Part shown: one piece after another, positions 16,773 through 26,698 of the stretch
How the letters are laid out: every line of letters starts with the position of its first letter
Numbering within the stretch: the first letter of the stretch is position 1
Source: a bacterium
Lineage (GTDB): Bacteria; Patescibacteriota; Microgenomatia; UBA8517
DNA length: 34,241 bases
Direction: 5' to 3'
Assembly (NCBI GenBank): GCA_021824915.1
Contig: JAKAJP010000022.1
Span: 89,832 to 124,072, forward strand
Made by a program: the position numbers and the translations under genes
Notes under the pieces: model-generated
Seen by the model: the letters and a program-made list of their open reading frames with translations, nothing else
Databases searched by the model: none
Told to the model about the DNA's origin: nothing

Positions 16773-17393
16773 TTATTTGTTATTTCTAAAAAAATCCAGA
16801 AGCTTTTGACTGGATGTTTCGGACTTTAATGTATCATACAAAAATGTTTGCCAGCCAAGATCCCGCGCGGCCGCAATATTCTTGTAACTATTGTCAACAA
16901 ATAAAATTTGGCTCCGATCAAATCCACTTTCCCTCTCCGCATATTCAAAAATTTCCTTATCCGGTTTCTGAAGGCTAATTTTGCTTGAATCGACAACTAC
17001 ATCCCAATCGATATCAGGGATTAGCTTTCTTTTTTCTATTTCTTCTAACATATGGGGATACATATTTGTTAGAAGCCCAATCCTAGAATATTTCTTAATT
17101 TCCTTAACTACGGGCCAAATTGATTTGTTTACAGCGAACCGATTCACAAAACCGTTGACCAAAAGGGAATAGTTTGGCGGAAATTTTACACCAAATTTCC
17201 TTTCCAATAACGGTTTCATGAGTTCTACATCGCGTGTTGTATTTATATCTCGAAAACCATCCCAATAGTTGTCAAATTCTTCGAAACGGTCCGGATTTAT
17301 GCCAATTTCAGCCTTTAACTCTTCCCATTTATTTGTTCCACTGAAGTCAAATTCGGCAACTCCTCCAACATCTAGATAAACAAATGAAATCAT
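16773..17393 (-). CDS. HAD-superfamily hydrolase (YihX-like, subfamily IA)
   Basis: Motif I YLDVGGV, II LLTN, III KPDKEIF, IV LFVDN. Start moved to ATG 17393, 1 nt after the secA stop. Confidence 0.88.
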   Translation of the reverse strand: MISFVYLDVGGVAEFDFSGTNKWEELKAEIGINPDRFEEFDNYWDGFRDINTTRDVELMKPLLERKFGVKFPPNYSLLVNGFVNRFAVNKSIWPVVKEIKKYSRIGLLTNMYPHMLEEIEKRKLIPDIDWDVVVDSSKISLQKPDKEIFEYAERESGFDRSQILFVDNSYKNIAAARDLGWQTFLYDTLKSETSSQKLLDFFRNNK

Positions 17394-17394
17394 A

Positions 17395-20097
17395 TTAATT
17401 AGGAGGTAATTGAGGATAATGACATTTTTTCCATTTTTTACCGCTTCCACACCAGCATGGATCGTTTCTGCCTATCTTCTTTCCGGCAAACGCAGGTTCC
17501 CCTGATTTAGCTGTTACTTCAGCATTTCCGTATAAACCGGTCTGATCCGAGCGGTCTACATTTTCTCTGGCCAAATTGAGAGGAATTTCAGATTGAGGCT
17601 GTACGACTCCAATCCTGAAAATTCTATGCGAAAGCTCTTCGTCAATTTTGTCGACTAAGCTTTCAAACAACCTATATGCCTCATTCTTAAATTCAACCAA
17701 CGGGTCTCGCTGACCATAAGCACGGAGTGTGACTCCTTCCCGAAGATCATCAATTGTGTCAATGTGGTCCATCCAAAGATGATCAATAGAACCCAGGTAT
17801 GCATACTTTTCAATATCCCTCATAACCTTTTCGCCCGTTTCCTTTTCGCGAGCATCATAAACATCAGTAAGAACTTTTTCCATAAATTCTCCTATTTGTT
17901 CCTTGTCATTTAACTTCGAAAGCTGATCTTTTATACGTCTAATAGAGGTGTCGTCAAAAGGAATCATGTCTGCTAAGCCTATGACAATCTTTTCATAATC
18001 TGGTTTATCTTCCACCTCCGGCCAGCTAATTAGCATTATTCTTTCAATTTGGTTTTTAAGTTTTTCAACAATTTCTTCCTTAACATCACTTGATTCGAGG
18101 ATTCTCTTTCTGAGTTTGTATATTATTTCCCTTTGTTGGTTTGCAACGTCGTCAAATTCAACCAACCTCTTCCTGATATCAAAATGGAAACCTTCAACCT
18201 TAACTTGTGCCTGTTCAATGGCACGGCTTATTAACGGATTTTCGATCGGCTGGTCTTCCGGAAGTTTCAGTTTGTCCATAATTCCTGATATTTGTTCGCC
18301 TCCAAAAATTCTCATCAAATCATCTTCCAATGAGAGATAAAAGCGACTACTTCCCGGATCTCCCTGACGTCCGCTCCTACCTCTAAGCTGGTTATCAACT
18401 CGACGAGCCTCATGGCGTTCGGTACCAATTACATGAAGACCCCCTGCACGGGTAACTTTCTCATGAAGTTCTTTCCATTTTTTATATTCCTTTGTTGATT
18501 CATATTTTTTATTATCCTCTTCCAATTTCCTTTCCGGCTGCGCACCTCCAAGAACGATATCAACCCCACGTCCGGCCATATTGGTCGCAACTGTTACAGC
18601 TCCGGGTTTACCAGCTTCCGCGATAATTTCGGCTTCTTTTTCATGATTTTTTGCATTCAAAACATTGTGAGGAATTTTCTTGTGCTTTAGATATTCTGAA
18701 ATTATCTCATTTTTCTCGATAGAAGTTGTGCCCACGAGAACCGGCTGACCTTTTTTATAGCTATCAGCAATTTCATCAACAATGGCTCCATATTTACCGC
18801 GCAAGGTTTTATAAATCATATCAGCACGATCGTCTCTAACCATTGGTCGATGTGTCGGAATTGCAACTACATCAAGTTTGTAAATTTTCCTAAACTCTTC
18901 CGCTTCTGTTGCAGCAGTTCCGGTCATACCACTTAAATGCTCGTACATCCTGAAGTAGTTTTGAAATGAAATTGTAGCCAGAGTTTTACTTTCCTGCTGA
19001 ATAGTTACACCTTCTTTTGCTTCAACAGCCTGATGAAGTCCGTCACTCCAACGCCTACCAACCATAAGCCGACCAGTAAATTCATCTACTATCGTTACTT
19101 GATTATCCTTGACAACATAATCTTTGTCCCGCAGGTAAAGAGATCTTGCCCGAAGCGCATTCTCAATGTGATGAATTGAGTCAAAATCTTTCTCATATAG
19201 ATTGTCCACTCCGAGTATCTTTTCTACTCGAGTAATTCCTGTTTCCGTTAGTGTTGCGCTCTTGGCTTTTTCATCAATCTTAAAATCTGTATCCGGATTC
19301 AGTTTATCAACCAGCTCAGCAAACTTGTAATACTTTTGGGTTGGCTCTGTATCGGGAGCTGAAATAATAAGCGGAGTACGCGCTTCGTCAATTAAAATTG
19401 AATCAACCTCATCAACTATTGCAAAATAATGTCCCCTTTGGACCATTTCAGCAAGTGCGGAAACCATGTTGTCGCGAAGGTAATCGAATCCAAACTCATT
19501 ATTGGTTCCGTAAAGGATATCGCTTTTATAAGCTATCTGGCGATCAACTGGTTTAAGGTGGCTCAAACGTTCATCACCATGACTTGAGTCCGTAAATTCA
19601 GGATCGTAAACAAACGATTTTGTCTCCTGAATAATAGACCCTGTGGTTAGACCCAAAAGATGAAAAATCGGTCCGTTCCAGCCGGCGTCACGCCTGGCTA
19701 GGTAATCATTAACAGTGACAAGATGAGACCCACGACCAGTCAATGCCCGCAAATAAAGGGCGGGGACAGCAGAGAGAGTTTTTCCTTCACCAGTTTTCTG
19801 CTCAGCAACTTTACCCTCAAAAAGCGCAACGGCGGCCATAAGTTGAACATCATAATGTCTCATCCCAAGAACACGATATGAAGCCTCTCGGACCAAGGCA
19901 TAAGCTTCAGGAAGTAGATCCTCCAACCTTTCACCCTTTTCAAGACGTTCCTTGAATTCCTCAGTCTTCTTGGCAAAATCTTTATCCTTTAACTTCTTGG
20001 TTTTTGCTTCAAAAGAGTTAATTTTCTCGACTATCTTTTTAAGCCTATCAACCTCCCGCGCATTGAGGTCTAAAATTTTTGAAAATATATTCAACAT
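17395..20097 (-). CDS. secA: Preprotein translocase ATPase SecA
   Basis: EQKTGEGKT, IVDEVDSILIDEARTPLIIS, ATNMAGRGVDI, QLRGRSGRQGDPG, C-terminal SEC-C motif GRNDPCWCGSGKKWKKCH. Confidence 0.99.
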   Translation of the reverse strand: MLNIFSKILDLNAREVDRLKKIVEKINSFEAKTKKLKDKDFAKKTEEFKERLEKGERLEDLLPEAYALVREASYRVLGMRHYDVQLMAAVALFEGKVAEQKTGEGKTLSAVPALYLRALTGRGSHLVTVNDYLARRDAGWNGPIFHLLGLTTGSIIQETKSFVYDPEFTDSSHGDERLSHLKPVDRQIAYKSDILYGTNNEFGFDYLRDNMVSALAEMVQRGHYFAIVDEVDSILIDEARTPLIISAPDTEPTQKYYKFAELVDKLNPDTDFKIDEKAKSATLTETGITRVEKILGVDNLYEKDFDSIHHIENALRARSLYLRDKDYVVKDNQVTIVDEFTGRLMVGRRWSDGLHQAVEAKEGVTIQQESKTLATISFQNYFRMYEHLSGMTGTAATEAEEFRKIYKLDVVAIPTHRPMVRDDRADMIYKTLRGKYGAIVDEIADSYKKGQPVLVGTTSIEKNEIISEYLKHKKIPHNVLNAKNHEKEAEIIAEAGKPGAVTVATNMAGRGVDIVLGGAQPERKLEEDNKKYESTKEYKKWKELHEKVTRAGGLHVIGTERHEARRVDNQLRGRSGRQGDPGSSRFYLSLEDDLMRIFGGEQISGIMDKLKLPEDQPIENPLISRAIEQAQVKVEGFHFDIRKRLVEFDDVANQQREIIYKLRKRILESSDVKEEIVEKLKNQIERIMLISWPEVEDKPDYEKIVIGLADMIPFDDTSIRRIKDQLSKLNDKEQIGEFMEKVLTDVYDAREKETGEKVMRDIEKYAYLGSIDHLWMDHIDTIDDLREGVTLRAYGQRDPLVEFKNEAYRLFESLVDKIDEELSHRIFRIGVVQPQSEIPLNLARENVDRSDQTGLYGNAEVTAKSGEPAFAGKKIGRNDPCWCGSGKKWKKCHYPQLPPN

Positions 20098-20158
20098 GAG
20101 CTCTTAATTGTAACAGATAAGGCTACTTTTGCCTTTAGCAAAAGATCTTATCAGCCGG

Positions 20159-20761
20159 TTACCGCGAACAGATAAACATCAAATTAGCCTCGGGATAAAA
20201 ATAAGTAACCTTCCTGAAAATTTTCTGAAGTTTCAAACCAAACTTAACCGCAAGCGGGCGTTTATCACCATAATAAGTCCTGTTAAAAATTACCAACTTA
20301 TTTTTTGTTAGTTTCTTAAGAAACTTCTCTCCTTCAAATTTTTCCGGAAACTTATCACCCTGATACAGATCCACAATCACCAAATCATAGCCGATTGTAT
20401 TAAAACGATACGCATCAACAGTCCTGATATCCAAATCGATTTGGTCCAAACCAAGATGTTTTTTCCCGAGATCAATAATTAATGGGTCTATATCAACTCC
20501 CGTTATTTTTACCTCCGGCCAATATTTTTTTACAAGCTTTGCAGCGGTTCCGCCCCCCAAACCCAGTATTAGACAATTTTGAATTTTTAATTTTGAATTT
20601 TTAACTTTCTTCAGCGTAGATTTCCATATCGATTCAACTATCCCTCCCGATTGAGTCAGGCCGTCCGCCTGAATATAAGTTCCAAGCCCCAGACTCCTCA
20701 AAACACGAAGATTGCCGTTAAATTTCGACTCTTTCTCCTCTAAAATTTTTGTTCCAAGCAT
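20159..20761 (-). CDS. Class I SAM-dependent methyltransferase (spermidine-synthase-like)
   Basis: LILGLGGG, VDIDP, DAY, YDLVIVDLY. Confidence 0.8.
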   Translation of the reverse strand: MLGTKILEEKESKFNGNLRVLRSLGLGTYIQADGLTQSGGIVESIWKSTLKKVKNSKLKIQNCLILGLGGGTAAKLVKKYWPEVKITGVDIDPLIIDLGKKHLGLDQIDLDIRTVDAYRFNTIGYDLVIVDLYQGDKFPEKFEGEKFLKKLTKNKLVIFNRTYYGDKRPLAVKFGLKLQKIFRKVTYFYPEANLMFICSR

Positions 20762-20809
20762 GAACTAATTATACTTGTTTCGTATTTTGTTTGGTGATAT
20801 ACCATGTTG

Positions 20810-21970
20810 ATGGCAAATGTACCCCTACCGGAACTTCTAAGACCTAAGACGTTAAAAGATTTTGTCGGACAAAATAATTTGGTTGGACGCGATGGAATTA
20901 TCACAAAACTTCTAAAAATCGATTCTTTTTTCCCCTCATTAATTTTCTGGGGACCACCAGGGTCAGGAAAAACAACCCTCGCAAGAATTGTTGCCAATAC
21001 TCTAAAGCGAGAATTTTTTGAATTTTCTGCAGTTAATACGAAGGTAAAAGATATTGAAACATTAATAAGCGAGAAAAAACAGCTGAAACTTACAAGAGCT
21101 CCGATTGTATTCCTTGATGAAATCCACAGGTTTAATAAGGCTCAACAGGATAAACTTCTTCCTCACGTTGAACGCGGCGATATTGTACTAATTGGTGCCA
21201 CAACCGAAAACCCCAGTTTTGAAGTAATCGGACCCTTACTTTCCCGTTGCCGCGTTCTTATTCTTGAGCAGTTATCCGAAAAAAATCTCCTAAAAATATT
21301 GAGCCGTGCCCTAAAACATCTTAAAAAGAAGTTGAACAAGGAATCGGAAAAATTCTTACTCGAGGCGAGCAATGGCGACGCCCGTGTAATGCTCAATGTT
21401 TTGGAAATCGCCGTACAAGTTCACCCGACGGGTGTACTTAAGCTAAAAGACATTGAGGATGCGCTACAAAGAAGACAATATACTTTCGATAAACGGGGGG
21501 AAGATTTTTACAACGTAATTAGTGCATTTATTAAATCTATGCGGGCAAGTGATGTCGATGCTGCGCTTTATTATCTCGCGCGGATGGTTGCAGCAGGCCA
21601 GGACCCGCTCTATATTGCAAGACGAATGGTAGTTTTTGCATCAGAGGATGTTGCCTCGCCAACGGCTCTGGTTGTCGCTAACGCAGTTTTTCAAGCTTGT
21701 AATGAAATTGGTTATCCTGAATGCCAGGAAAACTTAGCGGCGGGAGTTGTTTATCTTGCAATCGCCAAAAAAAATCGCTCCGCATATAACGCTTATATGG
21801 AAGCTTTAAACGATGTAAATAAGTTAGGCAATCTCCCCGTACCATTAAAGATTAGAAATCCGGTTACAAAACTTATGAAATCCGCCGGTTACGGAGATGG
21901 TTATAAAAAATATGAAAAATCCAGCCATCTACCAGAAAAATTAAAAGGAAAGAAATATTTCAGACCCTAA
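20810..21970 (+). CDS. rarA: Replication-associated recombination protein A (MgsA/RarA AAA+ ATPase)
   Basis: GPPGSGKTT, FLDEIHRFNKAQQD, GATTENPSF, FIKSMRASD, RRMVVFASED. Start is 20804 or 20810. Confidence 0.96.
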   Translation: MANVPLPELLRPKTLKDFVGQNNLVGRDGIITKLLKIDSFFPSLIFWGPPGSGKTTLARIVANTLKREFFEFSAVNTKVKDIETLISEKKQLKLTRAPIVFLDEIHRFNKAQQDKLLPHVERGDIVLIGATTENPSFEVIGPLLSRCRVLILEQLSEKNLLKILSRALKHLKKKLNKESEKFLLEASNGDARVMLNVLEIAVQVHPTGVLKLKDIEDALQRRQYTFDKRGEDFYNVISAFIKSMRASDVDAALYYLARMVAAGQDPLYIARRMVVFASEDVASPTALVVANAVFQACNEIGYPECQENLAAGVVYLAIAKKNRSAYNAYMEALNDVNKLGNLPVPLKIRNPVTKLMKSAGYGDGYKKYEKSSHLPEKLKGKKYFRP

Positions 21971-23204
21971 CTTCAATCTTCTCTTTCCCCATCCATTTTT
22001 GAAGCACTTCAGGAATTTTGATAGAGCCGTCTTTATTTTGAAAGTTTTCCAAGATTGCCAAGGGAAAGCGGGACATAACAATCGCTGTGCCATTGAGCAT
22101 GTGTACATATTCAGTCTCTCCAGTTTTTCTTCTGAATTTTATATTCAAATTTCTGGCTTGATAATCCGTGCAATTTGAAGTTGAAGTGACCTCGCCGTAA
22201 TCGTTTCTACCTGGCATCCAAACTTCGACATCAAATTTTCTTGCAGCCATCGCCCCAAGGTCACCCGTGCACATCTCAACTACCCGATAAGGAAGCCCCA
22301 ATTCCTGACAAATCTCTTCTTCCATTTTTAGAATTAGTTCGTGGAATTTTTCGGACTCCTCAGGTTTGCAGTAAATGAACATTTCGGCTTTGGTAAATTG
22401 ATGCACACGATATAGACCCTTTGAATATTTACCATAGGCTCCGGCTTCTTTTCTGAAACAGTGTGAATAGCCGATATATTTTAGCGGCAACTTCTCTTCC
22501 GGGATAACCTCATCTGCATGAGAACCAGCTAAAGTCACCTCAGCAGTTGCGATCAAACCCAAATCTTCGCCCTCGATTGTATAGGTTTGAGCTTCATTTC
22601 CTTTTGGTGCATAACCCGTGCCAAGATAATATCTGCTTTTTGCCAAATCCGGAGTAATCACTGGGAGAAAACCTAATTTTGAAAGTTTATCGAGTGAAAA
22701 GTGGGTGAGAGCAAGTTCAAGCATCGCCCCATCACCATAAAGAAAATAAAACTGTGATCCCGTGACTTTTGCCCCGGTTTCAAAATCCAAAATCCCCAAC
22801 CTTTTACCCAATTCCAAATGGTCCAGTGGCTTAAAATCAAATTTTGTCGGCGTCCCAACTTTTCTGACTTCGACATTTTCTTTGTCACTCTTCCCAATCG
22901 GAGCTTTTTTGTTTGGAAGATTTGGAATTTTGAAAAGAAGTTCTTTATATTCAGCCTCAACCTTTTCGTATTCAGGTTCTTTGTCTTTAAGTTCATCCTT
23001 AATTTTCTTACCCTCTTCCGAGACCTCCTTCTTTTCAGCAATCTTGTTTCTTTTTGCCCGTAGCGTCTCAACTTCCAAGATCAAACTTCTCCTCTTCTCG
23101 TCAAGCTGAAGAACACGATCGATTAATGAAGCATCAAACCCTTTATCTCCAACTCCTTTTTTAACAAGGTCTTTATTCTCGCGGATGAAGTTGATATCAA
23201 GCAT
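21960..23204 (-). CDS. serS: Serine--tRNA ligase
   Basis: MLDINFIREN, LIATAE, CFRKEAG, GLYRVHQF, EVTSTSNCTDYQAR, HMLNGT. Confidence 0.98.
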   Translation of the reverse strand: MLDINFIRENKDLVKKGVGDKGFDASLIDRVLQLDEKRRSLILEVETLRAKRNKIAEKKEVSEEGKKIKDELKDKEPEYEKVEAEYKELLFKIPNLPNKKAPIGKSDKENVEVRKVGTPTKFDFKPLDHLELGKRLGILDFETGAKVTGSQFYFLYGDGAMLELALTHFSLDKLSKLGFLPVITPDLAKSRYYLGTGYAPKGNEAQTYTIEGEDLGLIATAEVTLAGSHADEVIPEEKLPLKYIGYSHCFRKEAGAYGKYSKGLYRVHQFTKAEMFIYCKPEESEKFHELILKMEEEICQELGLPYRVVEMCTGDLGAMAARKFDVEVWMPGRNDYGEVTSTSNCTDYQARNLNIKFRRKTGETEYVHMLNGTAIVMSRFPLAILENFQNKDGSIKIPEVLQKWMGKEKIEVRV

Positions 23205-23218
23205 AGCTAATTATACAT

Positions 23219-23821
23219 TTATTGGGGCCAGATTTTCTTCATATTCTCAAAGGGGTTATGTTCAAAAGTAACATTACCGATCTTTTTGAGAGCTTCTTCT
23301 CCACTTATCCCATAAACCTTAGCACACAAACCATCCAAGGCCAGCAAAAGCTTATCTTCCCATCTAAAACCCAGCTTTTCAGCAATCTCTTTTACCTTTG
23401 CTTCTGAAGACGTTTCAATTTCCGAATAAGTTTCAAGACAAGGCCAAGTGTCTATCGTAATTGTCGCTCCATCAAACTCCCATTCTTCCCTTAAACTTTC
23501 CTGATATTTTGCAAACACTAAACCTGCTTGCTCAAGAATTTCTTTGGTTTTATCAAAATCCGCAACAATAACATCAGCCTCTTTTTGATCCCCAACATTT
23601 CCGTTTGCTTCCGCATGAATTTTTGCACTAAGCCTAACAACATCACCTTCATCACGAACTCTAATGTAATGACACTTAAGATCTTTATTATCATGATGAT
23701 CTGCAATTAGCCTGCGCATTTTCCGCTCGGGGATCCTCAGAACTGCCCCGATTTTCTGAAGTCTTTTTCGATACTCCTCTTTATTTACGGGATAAAATTT
23801 GGCTTCAAATTCCGTGTTCAT
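23219..23821 (-). CDS. CYTH/triphosphate tunnel metalloenzyme family protein
   Basis: ExExK (TEFEAK), IRVRDEG, QESLREEW, ITIDTWP, YSEIE. Start moved to ATG 23821. Confidence 0.85.
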   Translation of the reverse strand: MNTEFEAKFYPVNKEEYRKRLQKIGAVLRIPERKMRRLIADHHDNKDLKCHYIRVRDEGDVVRLSAKIHAEANGNVGDQKEADVIVADFDKTKEILEQAGLVFAKYQESLREEWEFDGATITIDTWPCLETYSEIETSSEAKVKEIAEKLGFRWEDKLLLALDGLCAKVYGISGEEALKKIGNVTFEHNPFENMKKIWPQ

Positions 23822-23822
23822 A

Positions 23823-24386
23823 TTAAAGCCCCAATTCCGAAGATATTCCCTGCATTGCGGAAAGAGCTGTAGCAATAAAATCCTGAAGTTTTATTCCAAG
23901 CTCTTTATCACAATTTTCGATATCTTCTCTTTTCACTCCGGCAGCGAAGCTTTTTGAGTTCCATTTTGAAAGAACATTCTCAACCGTAACAGAAGCCAGT
24001 TTTTTATCAGGACGTACTAAAGTAACAGCAATTATTAAACCTGTCAGTTCATCACAACAAAAAAGTGACCACTGCATCTTGGTTTTTGGTGATTTTCCCT
24101 CATGAAACCAGCCGTGTGACTCAATTCCGGTTAAAAGTTCCTCATCTGTCTCTCCCAGATCCCTAACCCAATTTGCCATCAATTTTGCATGATTGCCCGG
24201 ATCGGTTTTTGTGAATTCATAGTCCCCGTCATGAAGAAGTCCGACAATTTCCCATTTACTTTCATCTTCACCAAAATGGGAAGCCAGAGATTTCATAACA
24301 GCAGCAACAGAATAACAATGCTTCCGTAAATTAACGGACTGCATCTTCGAATGAAGCAGTTCTAATGCTTTGTCCTTAGAGATCAT
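23823..24386 (-). CDS. HD-domain (HDIG-type) phosphohydrolase
   Basis: LRKH, GLLHDGDYE, SHG, CDELTGLI, W..KSFAAGVKR. Confidence 0.85.
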   Translation of the reverse strand: MISKDKALELLHSKMQSVNLRKHCYSVAAVMKSLASHFGEDESKWEIVGLLHDGDYEFTKTDPGNHAKLMANWVRDLGETDEELLTGIESHGWFHEGKSPKTKMQWSLFCCDELTGLIIAVTLVRPDKKLASVTVENVLSKWNSKSFAAGVKREDIENCDKELGIKLQDFIATALSAMQGISSELGL

Positions 24387-24395
24387 TGCTAAAAA

Positions 24396-24689
24396 TTATT
24401 TTTTGGAAGTTTTCTTGGCTTTTACTTCTTTCCAATCACCTTTCATTCTCATGAGTTTCATCTTCATGACCATAAAAAGGAGATATTTAACAAAAGCAAA
24501 AACAAACATTACTCCAGCAACAATAATAATCCACTTGATCACTACATAAGGGTTGATCGTCGGAAAAACAAACCCCAAGCCGAAAATCAAAAGCATTCCA
24601 AAAACACTAAATGCTATGGACATTAAAATATCCATATGTGCCATTTTTCGCATTTTGTGCACTTTCCACATCATTTCTTCGTTCATCAT
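24396..24689 (-). CDS. Small Met-rich membrane protein (2 TM)
   Basis: 97 aa, 15 Met by hand count, two hydrophobic helices, basic C-terminus; tightly packed between lysS and the HD gene. Confidence 0.7.
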   Translation of the reverse strand: MMNEEMMWKVHKMRKMAHMDILMSIAFSVFGMLLIFGLGFVFPTINPYVVIKWIIIVAGVMFVFAFVKYLLFMVMKMKLMRMKGDWKEVKAKKTSKK

Positions 24690-24699
24690 TTTTTACGCG

Positions 24700-26166
24700 T
24701 TAAGCATTATCACCTCCCTTCGGCCTCATTGTCGGATATAGTATCACTTCTTTAATGCTCCATGTATTGGTAAAAAACATAGTAAGCCTATCGATACCAA
24801 TACCAATCCCTCCAGTTGGCGGCATCCCGTATTCCATTGCCTCCAAAAAATCTTCATCAACATGCTGAGCCTCTTCTTTATCTTTGCGGGCAATTTTCGT
24901 GTCGGAAACAAACCGCGACCTTTGTTCTTTCGGGTCAGTTAGCTCACTCCAACCGTCACAAATTTCTTTGCCCCCTATATAACCTTCAAATCTTTCGACA
25001 AACCCATCCTCCCCCGATTTATCTTTAGAAAGAGGCGAAACATCCTTTGGATAATCAATCACCCAAGTTGGTTGAATTAAAGTACCAGATATTTTCTTGT
25101 CAAAAATTGTAAAGATAAGTTGCCCTTTTGTTTCTTCTCCTAAAATCTCGATATCGTTCTTTCTGCAGTATTCAACCAAACTTTTTTGGGTTTCCTTTCC
25201 AACATCAAGCTTTAATTTGTCTTTCAAAAGATCAGTCATTTTAACCCTTGGCCAACTCCTACCAACGTCAATCGAGTGTTCTCCAACTTGCATAGTGGTA
25301 CCTCCAAAAATTGCTTTTGCAAGGTGCTTAAAAAGCCCTTCCGTTACGTCCATCACTTTTTGATAATCAGAGTAGGCAGAATAATATTCGATCATTGTAA
25401 ATTCGGGGTTATGGGTAAGGTCCATTCCCTCATTCCTAAAATCTTTACAAATCTCATAAACCTTACTGTACCCTCCAACCAGAAGACGTTTAAGATAAAG
25501 CTCATCTGCAATCCTCAGGTACATTTCTGCATCTAGGGCATTCAAGTGGGTCTTAAAAGGTTTTGCGTTCGCTCCACCATAAAGAGGTTGAAGAGTTGGA
25601 GTTTCAACTTCAAAATAACCTAGATTATCCAAATACCTTCTAACCTCACGGATAAGCATTGTTCGGGTATTAAAACGGGCTCGAACGTCAGGATTAAAGA
25701 GGAGGTCTAAATATCTTTTCCTATACCTGTCCTCCATGTCCTTGAGACCAAACCAATCGTTCGGGAGCGGGCGCACGGCCTTACCTAAAATTTGGAACTC
25801 GGAAGTATCGATGGTAACTTCTCCGGCCTGAGTTTTAACAACCTTACCCTTAACGGCCAGAAAATCACCTATATCAAAAAACTGAAGTGTTTCGTAATCC
25901 TCGCCCAAGACTTTTTCCTGAAACAAAACTTGAATTTTACCCGTCTCATCCACAATATCAAAAAACTTTACAGCGCCATGGCGCCTGATCGACCAAATCC
26001 GGCCTGGGACGAGCACTTCGTGACCGATTCTCTTGAGTGCTTCTTTTGTAGTAATGGGCTCCCCCGTAAGTTCAATTCCGGAAGGATATGGGTTTATACC
26101 CAATTTTTTGAGGGTCTCAAGTTTCTCAAGCATGACCTCACGTGTGGTTTGGGGTTCAGCTGACAT
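24700..26166 (-). CDS. lysS: Lysine--tRNA ligase (class II)
   Basis: OB anticodon domain, YRKRYLDL, EVETPTL, YLRIADELYLKRL, FRNEGMDLTHNPEF, YGMPPTGGIGIGIDRL. Confidence 0.98.
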   Translation of the reverse strand: MSAEPQTTREVMLEKLETLKKLGINPYPSGIELTGEPITTKEALKRIGHEVLVPGRIWSIRRHGAVKFFDIVDETGKIQVLFQEKVLGEDYETLQFFDIGDFLAVKGKVVKTQAGEVTIDTSEFQILGKAVRPLPNDWFGLKDMEDRYRKRYLDLLFNPDVRARFNTRTMLIREVRRYLDNLGYFEVETPTLQPLYGGANAKPFKTHLNALDAEMYLRIADELYLKRLLVGGYSKVYEICKDFRNEGMDLTHNPEFTMIEYYSAYSDYQKVMDVTEGLFKHLAKAIFGGTTMQVGEHSIDVGRSWPRVKMTDLLKDKLKLDVGKETQKSLVEYCRKNDIEILGEETKGQLIFTIFDKKISGTLIQPTWVIDYPKDVSPLSKDKSGEDGFVERFEGYIGGKEICDGWSELTDPKEQRSRFVSDTKIARKDKEEAQHVDEDFLEAMEYGMPPTGGIGIGIDRLTMFFTNTWSIKEVILYPTMRPKGGDNA

Positions 26167-26189
26167 ATAGCCTAAGTATAAGCGCGGGG

Positions 26190-26657
26190 TTATTCAATCG
26201 CAAGGATTTCATACCTGAGTTTCCCTGCAGGGGCCTCAACCTCGGCAGTCTCACCGACTTTTTTGCCGTAGAGGGCTTTTCCGAGAGGAGATTCAGGCGA
26301 AATGCGCTTATTTATTGGATCAGCCTCCCATTCGCCCACCATCTCATAGACATGTTTTGCTCCATTAAACTTAACCGTAATTTTGGTGCCGACGTCAATT
26401 CCACCTGCCGAAGAAGCCTTCGCTACAATGCTAGCGCTACGTAAGAGTTCCGTGAGCTCTTCAATCCTTCCGTCAAGAAACTCGAGCTCTTCCCGGGCGG
26501 ATTGATAATCGGCATTTTCCGACAAATCCCCTTGAGCACGGGCGTTAGATAAACGATCAACAAGCTTGGGCCTCTTAACATCCACAAGAGTAGAAAGCTC
26601 CTTTTTGAGAGCCTCCAAGCCTTCTTTAGTAAGTTTAACTTGTTTTCCGTCTTGCAT
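26190..26657 (-). CDS. greA: Transcription elongation factor GreA
   Basis: LTKEG, GDLSENADY, ISPESPLGKAL, APAG. ATG 26657 preferred over TTG 26663. Confidence 0.96.
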   Translation of the reverse strand: MQDGKQVKLTKEGLEALKKELSTLVDVKRPKLVDRLSNARAQGDLSENADYQSAREELEFLDGRIEELTELLRSASIVAKASSAGGIDVGTKITVKFNGAKHVYEMVGEWEADPINKRISPESPLGKALYGKKVGETAEVEAPAGKLRYEILAIE

Positions 26658-26668
26658 ACCCAAAAACT

Positions 26669-26698
26669 AAAAAATCCCTCTCTTTTTTGGAGAGGGAC
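26669..26698 (-). terminator. Intrinsic terminator inside the greA 5' leader
   Basis: Minus strand GTCCCTCTC-caaaaaa-GAGAGGGAT then TTTTT: 9-bp stem including one G-U, ending about 11 nt before the greA ATG. Confidence 0.8.

Noticed and set aside
22673-23109. Alternative-frame ORFs over serS; similar 60-130 aa ORFs over rmlB, galU, tgt, secA, lysS and lon
   Set aside because: Fully nested in well-supported genes, with no motifs or start signals.
8196-24398. -10-like hexamers 6 nt before vanZ, the 12370 gene, FKBP and the HD gene
   Set aside because: Each overlaps the upstream TAA stop, which generates TAAnnT by chance; excluded from the leaderless count.
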